Source of the DNA: an uncultured Sphingomonadaceae bacterium
GTDB lineage: Bacteria; Pseudomonadota; Alphaproteobacteria; Sphingomonadales; Sphingomonadaceae
Direction: 5' to 3'
Assembly: GCA_964245815.1 (NCBI GenBank)
Contig: CAXTNX010000007.1
Coordinates: 1,787-65,786 of the forward strand
DNA: 64,000 nt
Numbering within the stretch: the stretch's first letter is position 1; each line of letters opens with the position of its first letter. The notes below the pieces were generated by a model, which was not told the origin of the DNA, did not search any database, and saw only the letters and a program-made list of their open reading frames with translations. This document shows, one piece after another, positions 41,129-50,580 of this stretch. Both the position numbers and the translations under genes were made by a program.

Positions 41129-42142
41129 ATGCGCGTCGCGATGCTCGCACCGATCGCGTGGCGGACGCCGCCGCGCCGTTACGGGCCGTGGGAGCTCGTC
41201 ACCAGCCTGCTGACCGAGGCGCTGGTCGCGCGCGGCGTCGACGTCACCCTGTTCGCGACGCTCGACAGCGTCACGACCGCGCGGCTCGACGGCGTCGTGC
41301 CCGCACCCTACAGCGAGGACCCGACGATCGATGCGAAGGTCTGGGAATATCGCCACCTCGCGCACCTGTTCGAGCAGGCCGGCCGCTTCGACCTCATCCA
41401 CAACCAGGCGGATTTCCCCGCGCACGCCTTCTCGGGGCTGACCGATACGCCGATCGTCACGACGATCCACGGCTTCTCGTCCGAGCGCATCATGCCGATG
41501 TACGCGCCGTATCAGGACCGCGTGCATCTTGTCGCGATCAGCGCCGCGGATCGCCACCCCGACCTGCGCTACGCCGCGACCATCCACCACGGTATCCCGA
41601 TCGACGATTTCCCGTTCGATCCGGTGGGCAGCGAGGACCTGCTCTTCTTCGGCCGCATCCATCCCGACAAGGGCGCCCGGGAGGCGATCGCGGTCGCGCG
41701 CGCGGTCGCGCGGCGGCTCGATATCTACGGGCTCGTCCAGGACGCCGGTTATCACGAGCGCGAGGTGGTGCCCGCCGCCGACGGCGTGACGGTCCGCTAT
41801 CATGGCGTGGTCGGCGGCGCCGACCGGCTGCGTGCGCTCGGCGCGGCGCGCGCGCTGCTCCACCTCGTCAATTTCGACGAACCGTTCGGCCTGTCGGTGA
41901 TCGAGGCGATGGCGTGCGGCACGCCGGTGATCGCGGCGCGGCGCGGATCGATGCCCGAGCTGATCGATCACGGCGTGACCGGCTTCCTCGTCGACGACGC
42001 GACCCAGGCGATCGCGGCGGTCGCGCGGATCGGCGAGATCGACCGCGCCGCGGTGCGCCGCGCGATCGCCGGGCGCTTCACCGTCGATCGCATGGCGGAC
42101 GCCTATCTCGCCTTGTACCGCCGCATCCTCGCCGGCCGCTGA
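41129..42142 (+). CDS. Glycosyltransferase family 4
   Basis: MRVAMLAPIAWRTPP..YGPWE, GRIHPDKG, EPFGLSVIEAMACGTPV. Confidence 0.93.
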   Translation: MRVAMLAPIAWRTPPRRYGPWELVTSLLTEALVARGVDVTLFATLDSVTTARLDGVVPAPYSEDPTIDAKVWEYRHLAHLFEQAGRFDLIHNQADFPAHAFSGLTDTPIVTTIHGFSSERIMPMYAPYQDRVHLVAISAADRHPDLRYAATIHHGIPIDDFPFDPVGSEDLLFFGRIHPDKGAREAIAVARAVARRLDIYGLVQDAGYHEREVVPAADGVTVRYHGVVGGADRLRALGAARALLHLVNFDEPFGLSVIEAMACGTPVIAARRGSMPELIDHGVTGFLVDDATQAIAAVARIGEIDRAAVRRAIAGRFTVDRMADAYLALYRRILAGR

Positions 42143-42400
42143 CCGTCGATATATTGCCACCCGGATGATTTGGACGGTTGCCGTAACGGTCGATTGCGCC
42201 CACATAAGCGATGCTCGCATTTCGTGATCCGGGATGCGAGGTCGCAAATCGGGTGCGCTGGCGCCCCGCTTGTGAATGCGACGCCTCCGTCGCGATCCAG
42301 CGGCGGAACGAAGACCGGACGAAGCCCCTGTTCCCGGCGTCGCCGTCTGGCGCGTGGGGTGGGTCACGCCGCAAGCACCGTCCTCAAAGGAAGCTCCCGA

Positions 42401-42610
42401 ATGGCAAAGCCCGCCCTCCGCCCGTATCTGCTGACCAAGGAGTCGGAGGGGAATTACCGTGTGACCGTGCGCACCACACGGCTCAATTCGCAGGGCTATC
42501 CTCTGGTCTCCTCGGCGATGCTCGACGGCTCGTTCCCGACCGCGACGTCCGCGCGCGCTCACCTGCGCGAGCATTTCCGCGCCGAGGCGACCGAGATCGC
42601 CACCAAATAG
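42401..42610 (+). CDS. Small hypothetical protein (69 aa)
   Basis: AAAGGAAG RBS; MAKPALRPYLLTK...FPTATSARAHLREHFRAE; natural composition. Confidence 0.65.
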   Translation: MAKPALRPYLLTKESEGNYRVTVRTTRLNSQGYPLVSSAMLDGSFPTATSARAHLREHFRAEATEIATK

Positions 42611-42651
42611 GCGCAACGTCGAGCCGAAGTCCGCCGATCGAAAGGGAACAG

Positions 42652-42864
42652 ATGCAATTATCATCGGACCTGTGCCGCGCCCAGGAAGCGCATCATCACA
42701 AGCTTGCCAGCGACGCGCAGCTCGACAATGTCCGCACCGTCGCGCTTCGCGCCGCGTCGGCATGGCATCTCGAAGCGGTCTCCGCCGAGCGCCGCGAACA
42801 GCGCGGCATCCGCCGCGCCGCCGAGACCGGCACGGCCGTGACCGAGATCGCGATCCTCGACTGA
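42652..42864 (+). CDS. Small helical hypothetical protein (70 aa)
   Basis: AAAGGGAA RBS; CRAQEA...LDNVRTVALRAASAWHLEA..AERRE. Confidence 0.6.
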   Translation: MQLSSDLCRAQEAHHHKLASDAQLDNVRTVALRAASAWHLEAVSAERREQRGIRRAAETGTAVTEIAILD

Positions 42865-42886
42865 ACCGCGGCGCGGCGGCGAGCCC

Positions 42887-44134
42887 CTAGGTCGTGCCAT
42901 CGGCACGCCCGATCGCGCGCACGATGGCCGATTCGACCAGGTCCGGCGCGACGACGGCATCGGCGAAATGCGCGGCCAGGAAGGTCGTGTAATCGGTGCC
43001 CGGCGCCCGGACCGAAACCGCCGGGATCACCTCGGTCCCGAGCTTGAACACGCCGGCGAGGGTGACGAACAGGTGCGCGATGCCGAGGAAGAGGGTGAAG
43101 TCCTTTTCGATCGGCAGGACCTGGCAATTGGCCGGGCAGAAGATGATGTTGGCGAAGCCCGCGCCGTGCGAGCCGAGCACGATCGCGGCCTCCGACATCA
43201 GCGTCACCTGCTCCGCGAACGACAGCCGCTCGAGCACGACGCGTTCGAAACCATGCGCATCGAGGATCGGGTCGATCGCGTCGATGTTGTGGATCCGTCG
43301 CCGCGCGTCGGGATGATGCTCGCGACCGAGCCACAACCGCCGCCACCCCGGCCGATCGTGATCGACGCCCACCGCGCGGCGGATGGTCCGCGCCATCTCC
43401 CGGAAGAGTTCCGCGCACATCAGGTTTTCCTGGACGAACGAGACGAAGATCGCCTTCTCGATCCGGTAATCCCGCTCGTCGCCGCTCCACACGATGCGGT
43501 CCGCCGCGATACCGAGCGCCGCCAGGATCGAGATGAACGGCTCCTCCCGCGCATGCTGGTCGATCAGGTATCGGAGCGAGGGATCTTCCGCGAGCGCCGG
43601 CGCGAGACGATCGAGCAACGCGAAACGGCTGAACCAGTTGAGCAGGCCATGGTAATAGTTGGACTCGAAGGGGCCGCCGATCACCACGACCCGGCCGGGC
43701 AGCTCGATCGGATCGCGCGGCGTCAGCGCGAAGGTCGCACCCCGGCTCAGCGCGGGGCTCCCCGAGGTGACCGGCAGGCTCGAATAGGCGTGGTTGACGA
43801 AAAGATATCCGCGCTGCGGATCGACGGTGACATAGCCGGGGATGACGATGCCGTTCGCGACCTCGATCACGCTCATCGGCATGTCGACCGGCGGCGTCTC
43901 CCTCGTGCCGTCGACGACCTCGTAGACGCGCGTGATCGCATCGGGATACGCCGCGACGACATCGTAGTCGGCGACGATGCGCCCCTCGATGCGGTCGCGA
44001 ACGCCGCGCCGCCACCGCCGCCCGGTGTGCACCGGCGCCGGAACCACGAGGCCGGGATGGAGCGGAAGCGCCGCCGGCGGCGGTGCGGGCGGCGCCCGTC
44101 CGGCAAGCCGGCGGATCGCCTTCAGGAAAAGCAT
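42887..44134 (-). CDS. Glycosyltransferase family 61 (DUF563) protein
   Basis: NYYHGL, RRIHN, LSFAEQV.LMSEA.IVLGSHGAGFANIIFC motifs. Confidence 0.85.
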   Translation of the reverse strand: MLFLKAIRRLAGRAPPAPPPAALPLHPGLVVPAPVHTGRRWRRGVRDRIEGRIVADYDVVAAYPDAITRVYEVVDGTRETPPVDMPMSVIEVANGIVIPGYVTVDPQRGYLFVNHAYSSLPVTSGSPALSRGATFALTPRDPIELPGRVVVIGGPFESNYYHGLLNWFSRFALLDRLAPALAEDPSLRYLIDQHAREEPFISILAALGIAADRIVWSGDERDYRIEKAIFVSFVQENLMCAELFREMARTIRRAVGVDHDRPGWRRLWLGREHHPDARRRIHNIDAIDPILDAHGFERVVLERLSFAEQVTLMSEAAIVLGSHGAGFANIIFCPANCQVLPIEKDFTLFLGIAHLFVTLAGVFKLGTEVIPAVSVRAPGTDYTTFLAAHFADAVVAPDLVESAIVRAIGRADGTT

Positions 44135-44310
44135 ATGCCCCCAACGGCGATGATCGGCAGAACCCGCTCCGCCGACCGCCTGAACGACGGAGCGCGACGC
44201 CGCTATCATCTGCTCCCGGCGCGTTCAACAGCATGCGGCCGACCCGCGCCGAACCGCGATGGTCGACGCCGCCGGCTCGGATCGGTTCTCGAGCCGGCGG
44301 GCATGGGCGT

Positions 44311-44817
44311 TCAGTCGGCTGCGGGCGGCGGCGCGACGGGGGCGGGTCCCGGCGGCGGCGGCGGCCCGTCGTCTCCGGGTCCACGACGCGGGCCGTGATG
44401 GTCGTGCGGGCGATCCACCGGCCCGAGCGCGGTGACCGTGCCCGCGGGATCGACGAGGAACGAGGCGCGGACGAAGCCGTGCTCGAAGCGGCCCTGCACG
44501 GTGACCGCGCCGCCGTCCGCGACCAGCGGCGTCTCGTCGCCCGCCGGGCCGGTATCGACCAGCGTGCGCGCGCTGCCGTCGTCGATCACGAACTTGTTGC
44601 CGTAGGTCTCGGCGACCCGGCCGCGGATCGTGACGATGCCGGTCTTGCCCGGCAGGCTGCGGATCGTGACGGGGTGCAGCGGCGCCATCTCGATCGGCGG
44701 GCGCATCGCATGGCTGGCGACGCCGCCTGCGATCGCGCCCGCGCCAAGCAGGCCGATGCTGGCGAGCGCGATGCGGATGGACGTGGCGGGACGGTTGGAT
44801 GTGGTGTCATCGGTCAT
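44311..44817 (-). CDS. Exported/anchored OB-fold-like protein with Pro-rich tail
   Basis: N-terminal TM/signal; VTIRGRVAETYGNKFVIDDGSARTLVDTG resembles bacterial OB-fold (YgiW-like) proteins; GGAG RBS. Confidence 0.65.
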   Translation of the reverse strand: MTDDTTSNRPATSIRIALASIGLLGAGAIAGGVASHAMRPPIEMAPLHPVTIRSLPGKTGIVTIRGRVAETYGNKFVIDDGSARTLVDTGPAGDETPLVADGGAVTVQGRFEHGFVRASFLVDPAGTVTALGPVDRPHDHHGPRRGPGDDGPPPPPGPAPVAPPPAAD

Positions 44818-44870
44818 CGACGGGCTCCTTGGTTGGTGAGAATGGTCTAGCCGTCCGCACCCGACCCGCG

Positions 44871-44899
44871 CTGAACCGCGCGGTTCAGTTTCGGTTTAG
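44871..44899. promoter_or_regulatory. Candidate OmpR/PhoP-family operator
   Basis: Direct repeat GGTTCA-N5-GGTTTA (44882-44898, 11-bp period) overlapping a perfect 18-bp palindrome CTGAACCGCGCGGTTCAG (44871-44888) in a divergent promoter region. Confidence 0.55.
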
Positions 44900-44941
44900 C
44901 AGGTGGGCCTAGCAGGCAGGCGGACGAGGAGCGGAGAACCG

Positions 44942-45607
44942 ATGCGCGTATTGCTGGTCGAGGACGATCGCGATCTGGCGGACGGCATCGCGCGCGCGCT
45001 GCGTGCCGAGCATTTCGCGGTCGATGTCGCGACCAGCGGCGAGGACGGCGCGCATCTCGGCAGCACCGAGGCGTATGACGTCGCGGTGCTCGATCTCGGT
45101 CTGCCGAGGCGCGACGGCATCTCGATCCTCGGCGAATGGCGCGCCGGCGGCCGCGCCCTGCCCGTCCTGATCCTCACCGCGCGCGACGCGTGGTCGGACA
45201 AGGTGCAGGGCTTCAAGGCAGGCGCGGACGATTACCTGGTGAAGCCGTTCCGCGTCGAGGAACTGGTGATGCGGCTGCGCGCGCTGGTCCGCCGCGCCGC
45301 GGGCCATGCCGCCAGCGTGATCCGCTGCGGCAGCGTCGCGTTCGATGCGCAGACCGGCCAGTTCGAGCGCGACGGCATGCCGCTCAAGCTCACCGCCTTC
45401 GAATGGCGCGTGCTGTCCTGCCTGATGCTGCGCAAGGAGATCGTGGTCGAGCGGCTCGACCTGCTCGAGCGCGTGTACGAGGGGGATGCCGATGTCGATT
45501 CGAACTCGCTCGAGGTGATCGTCGGCCGCCTGCGCCGCAAGATCGGCGCCGAACTGATCGAGACGGTACGCGGGCGCGGCTACCGGCTGACCGGGCATCC
45601 GGCATGA
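44942..45607 (+). CDS. OmpR-family response regulator (PhoP/FeuP-like)
   Basis: LLVEDD, LDLGLP, LTARDAWSDKV.G..AGADDYLVKPF, winged-helix ETVRGRGY. Confidence 0.95.
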   Translation: MRVLLVEDDRDLADGIARALRAEHFAVDVATSGEDGAHLGSTEAYDVAVLDLGLPRRDGISILGEWRAGGRALPVLILTARDAWSDKVQGFKAGADDYLVKPFRVEELVMRLRALVRRAAGHAASVIRCGSVAFDAQTGQFERDGMPLKLTAFEWRVLSCLMLRKEIVVERLDLLERVYEGDADVDSNSLEVIVGRLRRKIGAELIETVRGRGYRLTGHPA

Positions 45608-46956
45608 GGCTGATGCCGCGATCGCTGTTCGGGCGGCTGCTCGGCACCGCGATCGTCGCGCTGCTGGTCGCGCTCGCCTTCGCCGCAGTGACGATCGGCC
45701 ATGTCCTCGAGCGTTTCGTGATGCACGGGCTCGACGAGCGGCTGGATGCGCAGATCGTGCTGGTGGCACGCGCGGTGCGCCCCGACGGCCGTCTCGACCG
45801 CGCGCGGCTCATCGACCTTCCGCCGTTCGATACGCCCGGCGGCGACTGGGCGTGGGAGGTGAAGGCGCCGCGCGGCACGGCGCGTTCGGTCTCGCTGCAG
45901 GGCACCGACATCGCCGTCCCCGATGCGCCATCCCTGCCGTTCCTGCGCAACGACCCGGGAGACACCCGGCCGCGTCCGTTCGACATCGACGGTCGCGGTC
46001 GCGATGGCGCGCACGGCCGTGTCCTTGCCGTACCCACCCGGGCGGGCGCGGCGCGCATCGTCGCGACCGGGCCGCGATCGGTGGCGTCGCGGCCGCTCCA
46101 TGCCGCGATGCGGCCGCTGCTGCTCTCGCTGGTGCTGCTCGGCGTGTCGCTCGCGACCGCGATCCTGATCCAGTTGCGCTTCGGGTTGCGGCCGCTCGCC
46201 ACGCTCCGCACGATGGTGGGCGAGGTGCGCGCCGGCACGCGAGGCCATGTCGATGCGACCGAGCCGACCGAGCTGCTGCCGCTGATCGCCGAGCTCAACG
46301 CGCTGATCGACGCCAATCGTGTCGCGCTCGACCAGGCGCGCGGGCATGTCGCCAATCTCGCGCATGGGCTCAAGACGCCGCTCGCCGCGCTCCGCCTCGA
46401 TCTCGCGGCGGCGGGTCGCGACCCGGACGGGCGGCTGGCAGCGCATGTCGAGCGGATCGACCGGCATGTCCGCCATCATCTCGGCCGTGCGCGCGCGGCG
46501 AGCCCGGCGGGCGCGGGCCGGATCGCGACCGGGCTCCGGCGCCATGTCGCCGACATCGTCGATGCGCTGACGCACATCCATGCCGAACGCCCGGTGCGCG
46601 CGACGATCGCGATCCCCACGGCGCTTGCGGTGCGCTGCGATCCGCAGGACGTCGACGAGGTGCTGGGCAACCTGCTCGACAATGGCTGGCGGTGGGCCAC
46701 CTCCTCGCTCGCCGTGTCCGCCGAGCGCGCCGGCGCGATGATCCGGATCGCGATCGCCGACGACGGCCCCGGCATCGCCGAGGCGGCGCTGGGCCTCGTC
46801 CTCCAGCCCGGCGCGCGGCTCGACGAGCGCGGCGACGGCCATGGTTTCGGCCTGTCTATCGCGCGCGAGATCGTCGAGCTCTATGGCGGTGCGTTGATGC
46901 TCGAGAATGCCGCCGGCGGCGGCCTCACCGCGACGATCACATTACCCGCGGCGTGA
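45604..46956 (+). CDS. Sensor histidine kinase (PhoQ/FeuQ-like)
   Basis: Two TM segments; NLAHGLKTPL H-box, GNLLDNG N-box, DDGPGI, GFGLSI. Confidence 0.95.
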   Translation: MRLMPRSLFGRLLGTAIVALLVALAFAAVTIGHVLERFVMHGLDERLDAQIVLVARAVRPDGRLDRARLIDLPPFDTPGGDWAWEVKAPRGTARSVSLQGTDIAVPDAPSLPFLRNDPGDTRPRPFDIDGRGRDGAHGRVLAVPTRAGAARIVATGPRSVASRPLHAAMRPLLLSLVLLGVSLATAILIQLRFGLRPLATLRTMVGEVRAGTRGHVDATEPTELLPLIAELNALIDANRVALDQARGHVANLAHGLKTPLAALRLDLAAAGRDPDGRLAAHVERIDRHVRHHLGRARAASPAGAGRIATGLRRHVADIVDALTHIHAERPVRATIAIPTALAVRCDPQDVDEVLGNLLDNGWRWATSSLAVSAERAGAMIRIAIADDGPGIAEAALGLVLQPGARLDERGDGHGFGLSIAREIVELYGGALMLENAAGGGLTATITLPAA

Positions 46957-48550
46957 CCGACCCGGGGTCCAATCCCGCTGCTCGCGCGCCGCGATCCCGG
47001 CGGCGGTATGGCAGCGACGTCGGCTTCGAGAGGATCGCCGGAGAGATCGTCACCACGGGCAGGCCGTTGAGCAGGAAGACATATTGGTCATGCCTGCCGA
47101 CCCGGACCGATGCGATACGATGGTAATCCCGGGCCAGGCGGTTCATCACCATCTCGGTGGTCGGGTGCGGCCGACTGGGCGGCGTGTCGTGATCGATGAC
47201 GACGATCGCGGGACGCGTCTCGAGGATGCGGGTCACCTCGCGCGCCTGATCCACCCCGATCGCGCCGGTCTCGTTGAGATCGCGCAGATGGCTCGCGAAC
47301 GGATAGCGTGTCCGCAGCGGCACGTTCAGCACCATGTACAGCATGGGCAGATTGTCCCACACTAGCACGCCGCGCGACGCGTAGGGACGCACGATCGCGG
47401 TCACCGCGCGGAATTGCTCGGGCGTGCCGCGCCGCCGCTGATTGAACGTCGGCAGGACCATGCAGGCGAGCAGCGCCCCCGCGAGCAGCACGGCGCTCCA
47501 CCGCCGCCGGCGCCGATCGTCGAATATGGTCGCCGCGCTGACCGAGGCGGGAACGACGATCGGCAACCCGTAATGGTCGAAATAATACCCGAACACCATG
47601 ACGGCCACGATCGCGCACACGAGCCAGCCGGTGACGAACGACGCCGAAAACGAGCGTGCCCCCCGCAGCCACCGCGCCTTCGCGCCCGCGACCGCGATGA
47701 CGACGAGCGGCGCGAGGTAGAGCGCCAGCGACGCCGCGTTGCGAAGGGCGTAGGACCTGCCGAGATCGCGGCGCTGGAAGATCGAGACGAAATTGGAGAA
47801 CCAGAACGCCTGGAAATCGCCCATCCCCAGGTAGACCGCCGCGGCGGCGAGCGTCGGCGCCAGCGCGACCGCGATCCACAACAGCATCACGGGCAGCAGC
47901 GCCGCGCGCATCCCGGCGCGGACGCCGCGCCAGAGCAGCACCACGCCGAAGAACACGCCCTCGAAGATCGCGCTGTACTTGATCTGCAAGGCGATGCCGA
48001 CGAGACCCATCGCCAGCGCGCCGGCACCGACGAACGCCCGGTCGGTGCGCGCCGCCTCGGCGCGGATGACGGCAAGCGCGGCCAGCGCCATGAACAGATT
48101 ATAGAACACCGGCGACTGGCCGCCCTGTCCGGTGAGCAGCGGGATCCAGAGCAGGTAGAGCACACCGGCCGCCACCGACGCGTACGATCGGACGAGGCTG
48201 GCCGCGATCCGTTCGACGACAAGCGCGGTGGCGACGGCGAACGCGCTCGCGACGAGCTGATACTGGATGATGCCGGCCCCCCCCAGGCAGCGGATCGCCG
48301 CATAGATCAGGAACAGGCCGATCGGCTTGCGGTCCCAGATATCGACATACGGCACCGCGCCGCGCAGCATCCGGTCGCCGACGAGCAGGTAGAACTGCTC
48401 GTCGATGTGCAGGATCGGATTGCCGAACTGCTGAAAGCGGGTGACCAGCGCGACGACGATCAGCAGAGCGGGAACCGTCCAGCGCGCGATCGGGCCGCGC
48501 TTGCGGACGCCTGCCGACGCGTCCGCGCGATCGACGGGCGCGTGCATCAT
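46937..48550 (-). CDS. GT-C-fold (ArnT/PMT-like) membrane glycosyltransferase
   Basis: HIDEQFY first-loop DE motif, PYVDIWDRKPIG, many TM segments; ATGA overlap with the upstream GT2. Confidence 0.78.
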   Translation of the reverse strand: MMHAPVDRADASAGVRKRGPIARWTVPALLIVVALVTRFQQFGNPILHIDEQFYLLVGDRMLRGAVPYVDIWDRKPIGLFLIYAAIRCLGGAGIIQYQLVASAFAVATALVVERIAASLVRSYASVAAGVLYLLWIPLLTGQGGQSPVFYNLFMALAALAVIRAEAARTDRAFVGAGALAMGLVGIALQIKYSAIFEGVFFGVVLLWRGVRAGMRAALLPVMLLWIAVALAPTLAAAAVYLGMGDFQAFWFSNFVSIFQRRDLGRSYALRNAASLALYLAPLVVIAVAGAKARWLRGARSFSASFVTGWLVCAIVAVMVFGYYFDHYGLPIVVPASVSAATIFDDRRRRRWSAVLLAGALLACMVLPTFNQRRRGTPEQFRAVTAIVRPYASRGVLVWDNLPMLYMVLNVPLRTRYPFASHLRDLNETGAIGVDQAREVTRILETRPAIVVIDHDTPPSRPHPTTEMVMNRLARDYHRIASVRVGRHDQYVFLLNGLPVVTISPAILSKPTSLPYRRRDRGARAAGLDPGSVTPRVM

Positions 48551-49368
48551 AAGCATTCGGCGCGACGCTGCCCGCCCGGCGAGGCGGGCGCGGCGTCCGC
48601 CGGCCGCGGGTCCAGCAGCCTGCGCACGCCCTGGCGCACCAGCAGGCGCACGAAGTCGAGCGCAACGCCGCTGCCGAGCTTGCTTTTGCCTGCGGTGCGA
48701 CTGCGGAAGCGATAGGGAAATTCGCGCACCGACATCGGCGCCGGCGCGGACGCGAGCAGATCGAGCAGGATCTTGAAGCCCCCGCCCGACAGCCGCGGCA
48801 CGAGCGCCACCGCCAGATCGCGGCGGATCGCGAAGAAGCCGCTCAACGGATCGCCCACCCCGTGCCCGATCACGGCATGCGCGAGCCGCGTCGCGACCCG
48901 GCTGAGCACGGCGCGATCGGCCGTCCATTCGCCGCACGAACCGCCGGCCCGGTAGCGCGAGGCGACCGCGACATCGCTCTCGCCGCGCGCGACCGCGCGG
49001 ATCATGTCGGGCACGATCGCCTCGTCGTGCTGGAGATCGCCGTCCATCACCACGACGATGTCGGCGGTCGTCGCGAGCATGCCCTCGATCACCGCGGACG
49101 CCAGGCCGCGGCGCCCGTACCGGCGGATCAGGCGCACGTCGCCGCGGTCGCGGGCAAGCCCGGCGACGACATCGGCGGAGCCATCCGTCGACCAGTCGTC
49201 GACGAACAGGATCTCGGCCTCGAAGCCGGCGAGAACCGGATCGAGCGCCGCGACCAGCCGCGCGATGTTGCCGCGCTCATTGAGGATCGGAACGACGACC
49301 GCGACCGTCGCGGCCCGCGCCCGACGGACGCGGCTTGCGATCACCGGCGGCCTCAATTCAAGCAACAT
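48547..49368 (-). CDS. GT2 polyprenol-phosphate sugar synthase (Ppm1/DPM-like)
   Basis: VVVPILNE, FVDDWSTDGS, GLASAVIEG, VMDGDLQHD, DPLSGFF, GFKILLD. Confidence 0.9.
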   Translation of the reverse strand: MLLELRPPVIASRVRRARAATVAVVVPILNERGNIARLVAALDPVLAGFEAEILFVDDWSTDGSADVVAGLARDRGDVRLIRRYGRRGLASAVIEGMLATTADIVVVMDGDLQHDEAIVPDMIRAVARGESDVAVASRYRAGGSCGEWTADRAVLSRVATRLAHAVIGHGVGDPLSGFFAIRRDLAVALVPRLSGGGFKILLDLLASAPAPMSVREFPYRFRSRTAGKSKLGSGVALDFVRLLVRQGVRRLLDPRPADAAPASPGGQRRAECL

Positions 49369-49512
49369 AGTCAGCGGCCCTCACCGATGTGCAGACGCCG
49401 CCGGTTGAACGCCTCCCCATTGCGGCGTGATTGCCGCTTTATGACGGGATGATGCGGAGATGCCGTGGTCCGCCGACGCGGGGACGATCGCGCGCCGTCG
49501 CCTCATGCCCGC

Positions 49513-49537
49513 GGAACGCCGGCGCCATCCGTCTGTT
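49513..49537 (+). promoter_or_regulatory. EcfG-type general stress promoter
   Basis: GGAAC-N17-GTT ending 31 nt before the ATG at 49569. Confidence 0.6.
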
Positions 49538-49568
49538 CGGGTAGCGCACCCCGGGGATCGGAACCGCC

Positions 49569-50357
49569 ATGCGCCTGTCGATCGACGCGACGCTCGACTA
49601 TAGCCTGCCGCAGCCCGCCGACCTGCTGCTCGCGCTCGAGGTCGCGCAGATGCACGATCAGATCCTGATCGAGGACCTGCTCGACATCTCCGGCGTCGAG
49701 CCGCTGATGCCGATCGCGGCCGAGGAAAGCCTTGGCCGCCGCACCTGGACCCGCGGATCGGGACGGGTCATCGCGCGCTACACCGCGCTGGTCGACGTCG
49801 AGCGGCCGATCGTGCCGCTCGCGGGGATGGCGGCGGACGCGCTGCGCCGGCTGCCCGCGCTCGTCGTTCCGTATCTCTTTCCCAGCCGCTATTGCGAGGC
49901 GGACCGCTTTGATGCGCTGGTCAGACGCGAGTTCGGCGCGCTGGAGGGGGGCACCAAGGTCCACGCGATGGCGGAATGGATCCGCGCGCATGTCGACTAT
50001 CTGGCCGGCACGAGCGATGCGACCACCACCGCGACCGACGTGCTGATCAGCCGGCAGGGCGTCTGTCGCGACTTCGCGCACCTGCTGATTGCGATGACGC
50101 GCGCGTCCGGCATCCCGGCGCGCATGGTCGCGGCCTATGCCTGGCAACTGGATCCGCAGGATTTCCACGCGGTCGCCGAGGTCTGGCTCGACGGTGGCTG
50201 GCATATCGTCGATGCGACCGGGCTGGCGCCGTGCGACGGCATCGTCCGCATCGGCGTCGGCCGCGATGCCACCGACGTCAGCTTCCTGACCGTGTTCGGG
50301 CAGGCCGAGCTGATCTTCCAGCAGGTCGCGGTGCGGCGGGTCGGCGACAGCGACTGA
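49569..50357 (+). CDS. Stand-alone transglutaminase-like protein
   Basis: Catalytic triad GVCRDFAH / DFHAVAE / VDAT; YLFPSRYC. Confidence 0.9.
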   Translation: MRLSIDATLDYSLPQPADLLLALEVAQMHDQILIEDLLDISGVEPLMPIAAEESLGRRTWTRGSGRVIARYTALVDVERPIVPLAGMAADALRRLPALVVPYLFPSRYCEADRFDALVRREFGALEGGTKVHAMAEWIRAHVDYLAGTSDATTTATDVLISRQGVCRDFAHLLIAMTRASGIPARMVAAYAWQLDPQDFHAVAEVWLDGGWHIVDATGLAPCDGIVRIGVGRDATDVSFLTVFGQAELIFQQVAVRRVGDSD

Positions 50358-50580
50358 TCGCCCCAGCGACTGCGGATCGCCACCATCGGTGCCGTCTCCT
50401 GTCGGTTCGCGCCGGAAGGCGGGGCGGATCGGAAGGCAGCACCCTGAACGCATCCTCGCCACGCATGGTCGTTGCAGACGATCGGGGACGTCCGCCGCGG
50501 GCACCCGATCGTCGGCCTTTACCGCACCCGTCCCGCCGGCCTATTCGTCGCGCGCTGCGGCGAGGGAGAGAGACGGGCGG

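Noticed and set aside
42305-42334. GGAAC...GTT as an EcfG promoter for the microproteins
   Set aside because: Spacer is 20 nt rather than 16-17; kept only as an inverted repeat.
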